Positions 29,557 through 38,969 are shown, counted from the first letter of the stretch. The stretch is 64,000 bases of DNA from Minisyncoccota bacterium (GCA_036405175.1 DASWYC010000002.1:251429-315428), one strand, 5' to 3'. Translations and numbers: made by a program. The notes: generated by a model not told the origin, from the letters alone.

Positions 29557-29838
29557 ATGACAACATTAGTTGATGACACATTACATCTTGGATATATCTT
29601 TGCCACAGGCGAAGGAGACGATACCACTACCGATTATCTAGAGACAGAGGAAGAATCAGATACCACATATAAACCAGTGGATCCTCGACATGTTCCTCAA
29701 GAAGATAGATTTGGACTTGGACTCGTTGGCGATTCAGAAGATGAATCAGAGGAAGAACCTGGTTCTGATGATTTATTGGAAGAATCAGAAGAAGACGAGC
29801 TTGATGGCTTTGGAGAAGAAAGTGAGGATAATTACTAA
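29557..29838 (+). CDS. extremely acidic small protein (93 aa, D/E/T-rich)
   Basis: DDTTTDYLETEEESD...DSEDESEEEPGSDDLLEESEEDELDGFGEESEDNY has a very high negative charge. Confidence 0.45.
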   Translation: MTTLVDDTLHLGYIFATGEGDDTTTDYLETEEESDTTYKPVDPRHVPQEDRFGLGLVGDSEDESEEEPGSDDLLEESEEDELDGFGEESEDNY

Positions 29839-29963
29839 GTTTCTACCCTAATACAAAAACACAGCAAATGCTGTGTTTTTGTATTAGCCCAATTACTCAT
29901 TTAAGAACCAAGACTTCATAACATAAAATTCGCCCAGTTTCCTAGACGAATTTTATGAAAAGA

Positions 29964-30098
29964 TTATTTTTTTGAAGTCTTTTTTGCAGCTTTCTTTACT
30001 GCTTTCTTAGCAACCTTCTTGGTAGCTTTTTTAACAGCTTTCTTTACTGCCTTCTTTGCAGCCTTCTTTACTGCTTTCTTAGCTTTTTTTGCAGCCAT
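29964..30098 (-). CDS. 44-aa lysine/alanine-repeat histone H1-like/Hc1-like basic protein (not in ORF track, below the 60-aa cutoff)
   Basis: Hand translation gives MAAKKAKKAVKKAAKKAVKKAVKKATKKVAKKAVKKAAKKTSKK*, running from ATG at 30098 to TAA at 29964-29966. Confidence 0.5.
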   Translation of the reverse strand: MAAKKAKKAVKKAAKKAVKKAVKKATKKVAKKAVKKAAKKTSKK

Positions 30099-30463
30099 AC
30101 GTTTACTTTAGTGTGAAAATAACTTGATTATATATTGCTATATAAAAGTTACGATTAGCTTAGTCGACCGCATGAAAGTATAAATGGTCGATAAAGGCAT
30201 TTATTCTTCATGTGAATATATTGTATGAATAATTTTTTATACTAACAAGATAAAAGGCTGTGTATAACTCAATTTGAAATAAAAATATGCAAATGATTTG
30301 CAAAAGCGCTTTTGCTACTTTTTAGCACTTCTCTTCCCTATTATAAACTTTTTTGTAAAACTCAACTTTCTTTTTACGTCTTTTAAACTTTGACTTCTTC
30401 TTATATTTAAGCTATAAAAGACTAAGTTTAAACTTAATATGTAACAAAAAACCAATTATCATA

Positions 30464-30838
30464 ATGCAGGTACCTGATATGAAAGTCATTCTACTGGGAG
30501 GTATTCCTCAGTATGTAGAACAAGTATCTAAGATTTTTAAAGAGAATAGTCGGAAGATCTTAGATATCATCCTGGAAGTAACCTTTAGCGATATTGTTGA
30601 AGAAGAACCTATTCCGGGCGGTATACGGTGGACACTTTGTTCCCATATAAATCCCAGTCGAGACAGAAGAGTCATGATCTCGTTCTTCTATACAGGAGAA
30701 ATATCTATGGTGCCAACTTCTTCTTTAGAGACAACGGATGAATCCTCTGAAACAACGCTTCGTTACAAGACCAGTTTCGTACGCGAAATGGTAAAGTTCA
30801 TGGCGGACGTTATGTCTATTCTCTATCCTTCTGGATAA
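30464..30838 (+). CDS. hypothetical protein upstream of rpmA
   Basis: No motif. MKVILLGGIPQYVEQ weakly resembles an L21 N-terminus, but this is not sustained. Confidence 0.35.
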   Translation: MQVPDMKVILLGGIPQYVEQVSKIFKENSRKILDIILEVTFSDIVEEEPIPGGIRWTLCSHINPSRDRRVMISFFYTGEISMVPTSSLETTDESSETTLRYKTSFVREMVKFMADVMSILYPSG

Positions 30839-31008
30839 GTCCTAATACTTACGGAAGCCTCTTTACGAGGCTTTTTCTTATAAAAGATATATTTTATAGC
30901 ACATTTCTCCGCCATACAGCCGGTTCCTTGTACTAGGCGGTGCTTATTTGCAAAATACCCCATATCATGGTATTATTTGCCCACAGTAACGTATTTATAT
31001 AAATCACT

Positions 31009-31281
31009 ATGGCACATAGAAAAGCGGGGGGAACAGCGAGAAGCTTTAGAGATTCTAATCCTCAGTACCTCGGAACCAAAAAATACGGCGGAGAAAAAGT
31101 ACAACCTGGAAATATTATTATTCGCCAGCGCGGTACTAAGATCCTCGCAGGAGCCAATACCGATCTTGGATCTGACCACACTATCTACGCAACCAAAGAA
31201 GGATACGTGGTATACGGAACTAAGCGTGTACAACACTTCGACGGAACCGTAAAAATCAAGAAGATTGTTTCCGTTCAATAA
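31009..31281 (+). CDS. rpmA: 50S ribosomal protein L27
   Basis: [31 protein letters not shown]...IIIRQRGTK is a canonical L27. Confidence 0.9.
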   Translation: MAHRKAGGTARSFRDSNPQYLGTKKYGGEKVQPGNIIIRQRGTKILAGANTDLGSDHTIYATKEGYVVYGTKRVQHFDGTVKIKKIVSVQ

Positions 31282-31292
31282 TCTTCAATCAT

Positions 31293-31316
31293 AAAAGCCA
31301 CAGAAATGTGGCTTTT
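31293..31316. terminator. bidirectional terminator between rpmA and rplI
   Basis: aaaagccaca gaaa tgtggctttt forms a 10-bp stem. Confidence 0.6.
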
Positions 31317-31755
31317 ATGATACCTGGATCTTTAAATTGGTCGTTTGCTTATCTAAACAATGAATCTTTACCGTTGATTCCCCTATCTTATGGATTGGTT
31401 CATCCAGTAGTACATCTGATTCTTTGACACTCATCTTAAACTGTTTAAGAATTTCTTCCACAATTACTTTCTTGGTAATTGATTTATACAATGTACCTTG
31501 CGGGGTTTTTTCTGCATGAACACTCAGTGTTTTATTATTAAGAAGATCATGACGCTTCTGCTTGAGCTGCTCACCTTCTTCCTGTGCATGCTGGCGTTTC
31601 TTATCCTGCTGAGCTTTCTCATTAATCACCTGAGCAGTAGCTGGTTCTGCCATCTTCTTAGGAAAGAGCATGTTCCGAGCTTGTCCCTCGCTCACTTCTT
31701 TAATATCTCCTTTTTGCCCCATTCCTTTAATATTTTGCAGTAGTCGCACTTTCAT
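31315..31755 (-). CDS. rplI: 50S ribosomal protein L9
   Basis: The N-terminus is MKVRLLQNIKGMGQKGDIKEVSEGQARNMLFPKKMA, and a C-terminal L9 domain follows. Confidence 0.8.
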   Translation of the reverse strand: MKVRLLQNIKGMGQKGDIKEVSEGQARNMLFPKKMAEPATAQVINEKAQQDKKRQHAQEEGEQLKQKRHDLLNNKTLSVHAEKTPQGTLYKSITKKVIVEEILKQFKMSVKESDVLLDEPIHKIGESTVKIHCLDKQTTNLKIQVS

Positions 31756-31843
31756 ATAGTCTCATTATTACGTAATTCTCTTCTAAAAACAAGAAACCCT
31801 CATGCTTTTACAAGTATGAGGGTGATGCAGACAAAAACACGTT

Positions 31844-32119
31844 TTATCTATTCCGCGGTCCACTTAAGACAACAAGTCCGTTTTTAAAACAATCAATACC
31901 CCACAACTCTTGGCGAAGCCGAAAGGTAACATTCATTGTTTGTTTAAGCGCCAATATCTGTTGTGGATGAAATTTAGGAAAATCAACCCCTATCGGCTGA
32001 TGAACATCAATGAATCTTAGAATCTCAATAAGATTTCCCTTAATCTCTTCAGGAATCTTCATGACTTTTAAGATCACCGTCGTGCTTCTATTAATGCCTA
32101 TGGATAACTTATTCAGCAT
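31844..32119 (-). CDS. hypothetical protein (91 aa)
   Basis: ORF only. Confidence 0.3.
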   Translation of the reverse strand: MLNKLSIGINRSTTVILKVMKIPEEIKGNLIEILRFIDVHQPIGVDFPKFHPQQILALKQTMNVTFRLRQELWGIDCFKNGLVVLSGPRNR

Positions 32120-32172
32120 GGCGATATCTGGTTTTTAATTTTATTCACTGTATCAGACTTTATATAAAAATA

Positions 32173-32194
32173 AAACCACCCTGTCGGGTGGTTT
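32173..32194 (-). terminator. intrinsic terminator immediately after the S41 protease gene
   Basis: aaaccaccc tgtc gggtggttt. On the minus strand it is followed by ATTTTTATATA. Confidence 0.55.
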
Positions 32195-32197
32195 AGT

Positions 32198-33427
32198 TTA
32201 TTTCTTTAATAATTCAATTGCTTTATCCAACTGAGGATCTTTCTTTCTATCTCGATCTTTTAGTTGCTCTTCGGTAAGCTTTACCTCGTAATCAGGAGTG
32301 ATTCCCTTCTTAGAAATCTGATGATTATCTGGGGTGAGCCACTGTGCGATCGTAATTTTAACCGCAGAACCATTTCCAACACTCATAAGCTCTTGTACTG
32401 ATCCTTTCCCAAACGTAGTTGTTCCTACTAATTGCGCACGATCATTTTCATTTAATGCACCTGCAAGAATTTCTGCTGCTGATGCTGATCCGCCATCAAC
32501 CAGTAATACTACCGGAAGAGATTTTGAAACGGTGCTGTATCCGTATGAAACATGATCAATATTCTTTTTCTTGCCTCCAAAGTCTTCTTTAACAATCACC
32601 GCATTCTTTGGAAGGAAGTGACTGGCAATATCAATAGCTGAAGAGAGCAAGCCTCCTGGATTACCCCGAAGATCAATGATCAATCCCTTTGGATTAGTTT
32701 TAAGAGCGTTATTGAGTGCAGTTTTAAAGAGTGCTGCAGAATCCATTGAGAAACTCGTCAGTTGAATTTCATAGATTCCATTTTCAAGCTGCTTCTCTAC
32801 TACGATTGGAACTTTAATGATCTCACGTACAATCGTCACATCAAATGGTTCAGCTCCTTCGCGCACGATAGTGAGTGTAACAGCCTTCCCTTCCTTTCCG
32901 CGAATCTTTTGGAGTGCCTGCTGGATATTAATATTAAGCGCATCTTCTCCATCAATCTTGGCAATAATATCTTTTGGTCGAAGACCTGCACGTTCTGCCG
33001 GGCTTCCCTTCATAGGAGTAATAATAGTGAGTACGCCGTTGATTGAATCAATCTCGGTTCCAATACCGCCAAACTCTCCTTGAATCTCTTGTTCAAATAA
33101 ACGAGCTTCTGTTGGTGAGAAATACATAGTGTATGGATCCTCGTACGATGCAGTCAGTCCACGAATGGCGTTATATACCTTTTCCTGATTGTCCGGCTGC
33201 TTAAATGGATATTTATCGCGCAAAAGCTGCCATACTTGCCAGAATTCGCCAAAGTCAGCAGAAACGGTCTTAGGAACAGCAACACTTGTTACCCCTTCAA
33301 CCTTATTTACTTTCACAAGTTCTTTTGATGAGCCCACCTTAACGCCAACCAAGAAAATGGCAATCATTAAGATGAATGAGCCCGCACCGATAGCTGAAAT
33401 ATGTGGAATTTTGTCTTTGATCTTCAT
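32198..33427 (-). CDS. S41 family C-terminal processing peptidase (CtpA-like) with PDZ domain
   Basis: It has an N-terminal TM. The serine protease core is GGSASAAEILAGAL, followed by TTFGKGSVQ. Confidence 0.8.
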   Translation of the reverse strand: MKIKDKIPHISAIGAGSFILMIAIFLVGVKVGSSKELVKVNKVEGVTSVAVPKTVSADFGEFWQVWQLLRDKYPFKQPDNQEKVYNAIRGLTASYEDPYTMYFSPTEARLFEQEIQGEFGGIGTEIDSINGVLTIITPMKGSPAERAGLRPKDIIAKIDGEDALNINIQQALQKIRGKEGKAVTLTIVREGAEPFDVTIVREIIKVPIVVEKQLENGIYEIQLTSFSMDSAALFKTALNNALKTNPKGLIIDLRGNPGGLLSSAIDIASHFLPKNAVIVKEDFGGKKKNIDHVSYGYSTVSKSLPVVLLVDGGSASAAEILAGALNENDRAQLVGTTTFGKGSVQELMSVGNGSAVKITIAQWLTPDNHQISKKGITPDYEVKLTEEQLKDRDRKKDPQLDKAIELLKK

Positions 33428-33532
33428 GGGAAGATTATATCATTTTTTAAATCGTGATTAAAGTAGTTTTTTGAAAACAAAAAGTCGCATATTTATTGTA
33501 AATATGCGACTCAATAACATCAAACTTGAATG

Positions 33533-34012
33533 TTACCTTTTCCAAACTCGGTGCTGAACGCTAATTAAGAGTCCCAGGGTAAAGTATTTACCTTGCTTGA
33601 AATCAGTGCCCAACTCTGCCAAAATGAAACACTTTATTCCTTCCTTATCAGCATCTCCGACTTTAGTCATGCGCTCAATTCCCCATCCGAGATATTGACC
33701 ACGAGTGGAAATACTTTTTGAATAGAAGAGGTAGGTATCCCACCCATTCTTTAAGAAGTATCCATTTAAAGAGTTTAGAGAATTATTTGATGTTCCATAC
33801 AAAATACTGTGGTATGTTTTTGGAGTCATCATTAAGATATTCAGTGACAAATTCATGCCAACATTGAATGGCTTCTCAACAGTCTTGAAGTCGGTAGTTG
33901 AAGCAAGTGATGATACTGCTCCGACTGTTACCTTTTGAAAAATTTTCAAAGAGTCAGCTTTTTGAGCTAATGCGGTGTTAGCAATAAGTAATAAAAATAT
34001 TATTTTTTTCAT
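33533..34012 (-). CDS. secreted beta-rich hypothetical protein
   Basis: The signal peptide is MKKIIFLLLIANTALAQ. Confidence 0.4.
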   Translation of the reverse strand: MKKIIFLLLIANTALAQKADSLKIFQKVTVGAVSSLASTTDFKTVEKPFNVGMNLSLNILMMTPKTYHSILYGTSNNSLNSLNGYFLKNGWDTYLFYSKSISTRGQYLGWGIERMTKVGDADKEGIKCFILAELGTDFKQGKYFTLGLLISVQHRVWKR

Positions 34013-34094
34013 CCTCTTGAGAGTTTAGATTGGTTTTATTGTAAATATTGATACTAGTATTATATCATATATGCCATACTATGTCAATATCATC

Positions 34095-35402
34095 TTATTG
34101 TTGTACTTTCTCTTCTTTTTTCACCAAATCATCTCCAAACGCAGTATATGCTTTTTCTGTATAGACATTATTAGGGCTCCACACCATAAATCCTTTTGTT
34201 CCATGTAATGAGACTGCGCGCAACTGATCAACTACTTCTTTGACACCATACTTCTCTTTTAAGCTAAAATCTTGAATCCATGGACGGATTTTTCTAAACT
34301 CATGCTTGGTAAGCTCAGACTTATTGTACGCATCCTGCATCACTTTAGTAATAGTTTCAAATGGATGCTTTTCTGGATCTTTAATCCCCACTGAACCGCT
34401 TGTATAGTGTGATGGATAGATCATGGGTGCAACATAATCAAAATTATCGAGTGCAATAGCAAGATTTTGTCCAATACCGATATCATCTTCTGTAGTTAGT
34501 AATCCAAAGATATCAACTGAGCTGGTTATCTTTTCTTCCTTTAAGCCTTTATTAAGATGTTTAAAAAATGCCTCGATCACATCTTTTTTAGTATCTTCTC
34601 CAGTTGATGGATATACTAACGTGTATGCACTACTCGTTTCTGTTGGATAGCGAACATAATCAAAATTAATCTCATCAAACCCATATGATTTGCCGAGCTT
34701 TGCAATATTCAAAACATAATCCCATGTTGGCTTATACCCAGGATCAATCCATGATACGTTTTTACGATCTTTCCACGGCTTCTTAGTTATACTATTTTGA
34801 ATGGCGCTTTCTGGAATCTTTTGTGTATAAATATTATCTTGAAATACTGCAATACGACCAATTACATAAATTCCTTTCTGATGAAGCGTATCTACAAATG
34901 ATTTAATATCCTGAATCCTCACCTGCTTATTCTCATTTGCATATGGATAGAGTGGTGAATCTTTTGGTACTGGTACGGAAATCACTCCTGTCTCATCTTT
35001 AAGATCAATAATAATGGCATTAATCACCGGAGACTTGTCCACCATATTCACCAACTGAGTTCTTTTTTGAATCGTACTTCCCACCCATGAGGTCATATAG
35101 ACAGCACGAATCTCATCACTGTTTGGTAACTCATAATGAGTTACTGGTGCCGTTGTTTTTGTCATCACAATAGGATTTTTACTCTGCGGCTGCCCTTCTG
35201 CAAACGCAATAACCGTTCCGCGTAGTTGTTCAGCGGTAAATGTTTTAAAGGTATCTTCTTGCGAGAGTGGCTGTGCCTCATTTTGGGAAGGTTTAATAGC
35301 ATATGTGCGAGATACATGCAAAAATCGCGCAGCGCCCACCAAAAGCGCAAGAATGATCAAAACTTCACAGGCAATAAAAATCTTATTAATCGAGGACTTC
35401 AT
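34095..35402 (-). CDS. secreted TIM-barrel glycoside-hydrolase-like protein (GHL/DUF4015-type, by recollection)
   Basis: It has an N-terminal anchor. AVYMTSW...VINAIIIDLKDE...GIYVIGRIAVFQD...FDEINFDYVRYP follows the pattern of hypothetical glycosyl-hydrolase-like families. Confidence 0.4.
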   Translation of the reverse strand: MKSSINKIFIACEVLIILALLVGAARFLHVSRTYAIKPSQNEAQPLSQEDTFKTFTAEQLRGTVIAFAEGQPQSKNPIVMTKTTAPVTHYELPNSDEIRAVYMTSWVGSTIQKRTQLVNMVDKSPVINAIIIDLKDETGVISVPVPKDSPLYPYANENKQVRIQDIKSFVDTLHQKGIYVIGRIAVFQDNIYTQKIPESAIQNSITKKPWKDRKNVSWIDPGYKPTWDYVLNIAKLGKSYGFDEINFDYVRYPTETSSAYTLVYPSTGEDTKKDVIEAFFKHLNKGLKEEKITSSVDIFGLLTTEDDIGIGQNLAIALDNFDYVAPMIYPSHYTSGSVGIKDPEKHPFETITKVMQDAYNKSELTKHEFRKIRPWIQDFSLKEKYGVKEVVDQLRAVSLHGTKGFMVWSPNNVYTEKAYTAFGDDLVKKEEKVQQ

Positions 35403-36600
35403 ACCGCTTAGTATACCCTACGCGCGGAGCGGTATCTTCCCCATGTTCTGGAAGTGTCTTGCGGATAATACGCCGCTTAAGAATGCCGGTAGGAGTTTTA
35501 AGAGGTGCAGGCTCAGATAATGGCACCTGTTGAGCTGGTTCTGGAGAAAAGACACGCTGAGGTTCTTGAGGTACTACTGGTGTAGGCTCAATTTCTTCAC
35601 TATCAAGTATTTCATACGCAGGCATAGTTTCTTCTTGAATATGAGGTTGTGGTGGGACAACTTCATCTTCTTGTGAAAGCGCAGAGCGTTTAGTGCGACG
35701 ACGTGGCGGCTTAATAACAAACGCTTCAATCTCGTTTTCTGAAAGATCTGGATATTGCTCATCTTCTTCGACCTCTTCAATGGGAGTAACTTTTTTTACG
35801 GGAGCTTTTTTAGCAGTTATGCGTCCAAAAATAACCCGCTCTTCAGATGCTTGTGGCACAGATACTTGTTCTTGCGGATCGGCTATGAATGCATTGTTGT
35901 ATTCAGAAACTTCTTCAGGTTCACTATCAATAATAGGCTCATCTTCCTGAGCTGTTTGCGGTGCAGGCTCTTCAATAATAGCTTGTGTGATTTCTCTAAA
36001 CACCTCATCAACAATCTCATCAGGATTATCAGAAACAGACACGATTTCTTCTTCAGTAGCTTCTTCTTGCAATGCAGCCGGCCCACGTTCAATTAAATCT
36101 CTCAACGATGGACGTGGTGCACGAGGTTGAACGGGTTCTATATATACAACATCTTGTGGCTCCCCTAAAACTTCTTCTTCATAACGAGGCGCAAATGAAG
36201 TTTCTTCCCGTTGATGCGTTAATTGATCCAAAAACTCTGGACGCTTGATAGTTGGAATCTTGGCATACTTTCTGAGTGATGAAATCCCCGCAACAATGCT
36301 TCGTGATGCATCAACAATTGTTTTGGTGTAGGACGAACGAGTAATCACTCTTCGTGGTGCCTCAGTACGCGCTGCAGCCTCAACCAACTTTTCTTCTTGA
36401 ATCATTTCCTCAGTAACCACAACGCTTGTTGTCTTTGATGATGCAACCGATGATTGATAGAGTGCAAAGAGCGCACCAATAATAATCAGCCCTAGAATAA
36501 TAGCAATCACAAGCGTTGTCTGGTACGAAAGCCCAATAAAAAGAGTAACAATCAAGAGCAGCGTTGCTCCACCAATTACTTTCAAGAGCCAGATTTTCAT
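35386..36600 (-). CDS. membrane-anchored Pro/Glu-rich intrinsically disordered protein
   Basis: It has two N-terminal TM helices. About 330 aa of low-complexity P/E/Q/V-rich sequence follow. It overlaps the downstream GH-like gene by 17 nt. Confidence 0.45.
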   Translation of the reverse strand: MKIWLLKVIGGATLLLIVTLFIGLSYQTTLVIAIILGLIIIGALFALYQSSVASSKTTSVVVTEEMIQEEKLVEAAARTEAPRRVITRSSYTKTIVDASRSIVAGISSLRKYAKIPTIKRPEFLDQLTHQREETSFAPRYEEEVLGEPQDVVYIEPVQPRAPRPSLRDLIERGPAALQEEATEEEIVSVSDNPDEIVDEVFREITQAIIEEPAPQTAQEDEPIIDSEPEEVSEYNNAFIADPQEQVSVPQASEERVIFGRITAKKAPVKKVTPIEEVEEDEQYPDLSENEIEAFVIKPPRRRTKRSALSQEDEVVPPQPHIQEETMPAYEILDSEEIEPTPVVPQEPQRVFSPEPAQQVPLSEPAPLKTPTGILKRRIIRKTLPEHGEDTAPRVGYTKRYEVLD

Positions 36601-36754
36601 ATCTCTATTGTATCAAGTTTTGGGCCAGGAGACATCTTTATTGACGCTAGTGTCACAGTATGCCAATATAAAGATCTGGGTTTTGTCTCAATCCTCATTA
36701 CTCCCACCCCTGACGTACAAATTTTGTTCAGTTCAGGGGTTTTTATATTCACTT

Positions 36755-37477
36755 TTACTTTTTAGGCGGAAGTACCGTAATAGCAAACTCTCCCTTAATG
36801 TTTTCTCCAAAAGCAGCTTTAAGTTGATCAGTAATCCCATCTGGCGCTCCGTGGTATATAGTTTCGTGAAGCTTAGTGAGCTCTCGTCCAATAACAAGCG
36901 TGCAGTTGATTTCTTGCAAATCTTTGAGGAGCTTTAAAATTCCATGCGGACTTTCATAAAGCACAACGTTATATTCAAGTTCTTCAATCAAATGTTTAAT
37001 TTCTTTAAGCTTGGTTTGACGCCCTTTCTTTTTTGGCAGGAAGCCAATAAATACGATGGGTTCTTCGCCAATAATGCCTGAGATAGAAATTTGTGCCGCA
37101 AGTGCTGAAACGCCCGGAATCGGTTCTATAATGGTTTCTGGTGAGTTAGTGCGAATATAGTGAACCAAAAATCCCCCAGGATCAGATACACCTGGTGTTC
37201 CTGCATCAGAAATATATGACACGTGTTCGCCTTTATTGAGGCGCTCGATGATTTCTTCAAAAACTTTACGCTCAGAAAATTCATGCAACGAGTGACATGA
37301 GGTGGTAATGTCAAAATGCATCAATAGTTTTTTACTATTACGTGTGTCTTCTGCAAAAATAACATCGGACACTTTGAGAGTTTCAACCGCACGTGGCGTC
37401 ATATCACCTAAATTACCAATAGGCGTAGCAACAATAGAAAGTTTTCCGGTTGAATTATTCATAGGTATAGGTTTCAA
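36755..37477 (-). CDS. rsmI: 16S rRNA (cytidine1402-2'-O)-methyltransferase
   Basis: LSIVATPIGNLGDMTPRAVETLKVSDVIFAEDTRNSKKLL is the tetrapyrrole-methylase-fold RsmI signature. Confidence 0.85.
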   Translation of the reverse strand: MKPIPMNNSTGKLSIVATPIGNLGDMTPRAVETLKVSDVIFAEDTRNSKKLLMHFDITTSCHSLHEFSERKVFEEIIERLNKGEHVSYISDAGTPGVSDPGGFLVHYIRTNSPETIIEPIPGVSALAAQISISGIIGEEPIVFIGFLPKKKGRQTKLKEIKHLIEELEYNVVLYESPHGILKLLKDLQEINCTLVIGRELTKLHETIYHGAPDGITDQLKAAFGENIKGEFAITVLPPKK

Positions 37478-38219
37478 GGTTTACACGATCAAACTCAATT
37501 AAATTCTTTTCATCAAGATTATACGCAGCATTTTGATATTTGTTTTCGGGCCAATCCAATTTAAATGGATTAAGCTGCATCAGATAAATAAGTGCTTTTG
37601 GTTGCTTTCCTGGATAACACCATAGGATCCACTTTTGATGATCTTGAATGAAGTCATTTGGAAGTCTCACTTTTCCTCTAGAAAGTAGATAAAACATCAA
37701 ATGTTCCTCTAAGAAGAAATTGACTTGATTCTCAGTTAACTCACGCTTAAAAAAGTCAGCATCTTCTTTTATATATTGCTGAAATTTTTCATCCTGCTTA
37801 TAAAGACTTTTTATTTCACTAAGTTTAATATTAAAATTTACAGTACCAAGATACATCTGGTTCCATACCATATAATTAAAAGCATTTTGAATCTGAAATT
37901 GCGTAGTATTTTTACTCAGTAATTTTGACATTTCATTCTTATGATTAATAACTTGAGTCATAAACGTATTTTTAAGCTCTGCTGCTGGCTTATCAGAACT
38001 TAGATACAGAAAGTCCCCGTAGACGAAGTTGAGTCCAACTAATGGTTTAGAAATTTTAGATGGAGAAAGATGACGTATATCCTTCAAGCATTCTGGCGCA
38101 CTTTGACGATTCAAAATACGACTCATCGAAATTGGAAACAGTAAAATCCCCTTCTCTGCCGGAAATTTATTAATGTCAAAGAATTCATTCTCTACTCGAT
38201 TCATGAGAAAAATATACAA
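37455..38219 (-). CDS. hypothetical protein (254 aa)
   Basis: ORF only. It overlaps the rsmI start by 23 nt. Confidence 0.4.
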   Translation of the reverse strand: MYIFLMNRVENEFFDINKFPAEKGILLFPISMSRILNRQSAPECLKDIRHLSPSKISKPLVGLNFVYGDFLYLSSDKPAAELKNTFMTQVINHKNEMSKLLSKNTTQFQIQNAFNYMVWNQMYLGTVNFNIKLSEIKSLYKQDEKFQQYIKEDADFFKRELTENQVNFFLEEHLMFYLLSRGKVRLPNDFIQDHQKWILWCYPGKQPKALIYLMQLNPFKLDWPENKYQNAAYNLDEKNLIEFDRVNLETYTYE

Positions 38220-38241
38220 TACTTTCTAGATTATGTAAATA

Positions 38242-38910
38242 TTAGTTAACTCTGAAGATTTTCCCCGCTGGTGGATAGATTTTAATCAGTGGATCTTGAG
38301 AAGTATCGTAGGGTTTTGCGGGAGCCAATCGTCGCCCATAGGCAATAAACTTATGAGGTGCATCAATCCAGGTCTCTTTTGGAATTACTTCCAATAAATC
38401 CTTCTCGATCTTTTCTACTTCTGTATGATCGGTGAGATTATATCTAAGAGCAAAACGCTTTACATGCGTATCAACCGGCATTCCAGTGGCGATATTAAAT
38501 GCATACGCACGCACCACCTGAGCCGTCTTGCGCCCCACTCCAGCAAGTTTAGTAAGCTCATTAATTTCTTGAGGTACTTCTCCATTAAATTCTTCAAGGA
38601 GTTGTTGTGAAAGTTTGATAATATTTTTAGCCTTTGCTTTATAAAATCCGGTTTGATAGACAATCTTCTCAACATCAGCAAGATCAGCTTTTGCTAACTT
38701 TTGAGGTGTTGGATACTTTTTGAACAACACCGCAGTTACCTCATTCACCTTTTTATCCGTACATTGTGCAGAGAGTGCAACCGAGACTACTAGTTCCCAT
38801 GGATTCTTCCAATGAAGCTCTGTGTGGCGATCTTCCGGATAGAGTTTTTTGAGTTCCTTCCAAAGAAGTTTAAATCGTTGCTGGCGTTCTTTGAGGAGTT
38901 CTGATTTCAT
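38242..38910 (-). CDS. endonuclease III-family HhH-GPD DNA glycosylase/lyase lacking the Fe-S cluster cysteines
   Basis: The HhH is LAGVGRKTAQVV with the catalytic Lys, and the Asp is in VDTHVKRF. Only one Cys in the protein and no C-terminal CX6CX2CX5C motif. Confidence 0.7.
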   Translation of the reverse strand: MKSELLKERQQRFKLLWKELKKLYPEDRHTELHWKNPWELVVSVALSAQCTDKKVNEVTAVLFKKYPTPQKLAKADLADVEKIVYQTGFYKAKAKNIIKLSQQLLEEFNGEVPQEINELTKLAGVGRKTAQVVRAYAFNIATGMPVDTHVKRFALRYNLTDHTEVEKIEKDLLEVIPKETWIDAPHKFIAYGRRLAPAKPYDTSQDPLIKIYPPAGKIFRVN

Positions 38911-38969
38911 AATTGGAATATATCACGCTTAAGGCATAACAAAAAGGCAGATCAACTGCCTTACTTTTG

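Noticed and set aside
30464-30838. Calling this ORF ribosomal protein L21 because it precedes rpmA
   Set aside because: Only a 10-residue N-terminal resemblance. The rest shows no L21 pattern. It is left as hypothetical and flagged in the findings.
30973-31278. ORFs 30977-31252(+) and 30973-31278(-) overlapping rpmA
   Set aside because: They are alternative frames or the antisense strand of a canonical L27 gene.
35165-36096. Several 60-113-aa ORFs on both strands inside the Pro/Glu-rich gene and the GH gene
   Set aside because: These are low-complexity repeats giving open frames. No independent signals were seen.
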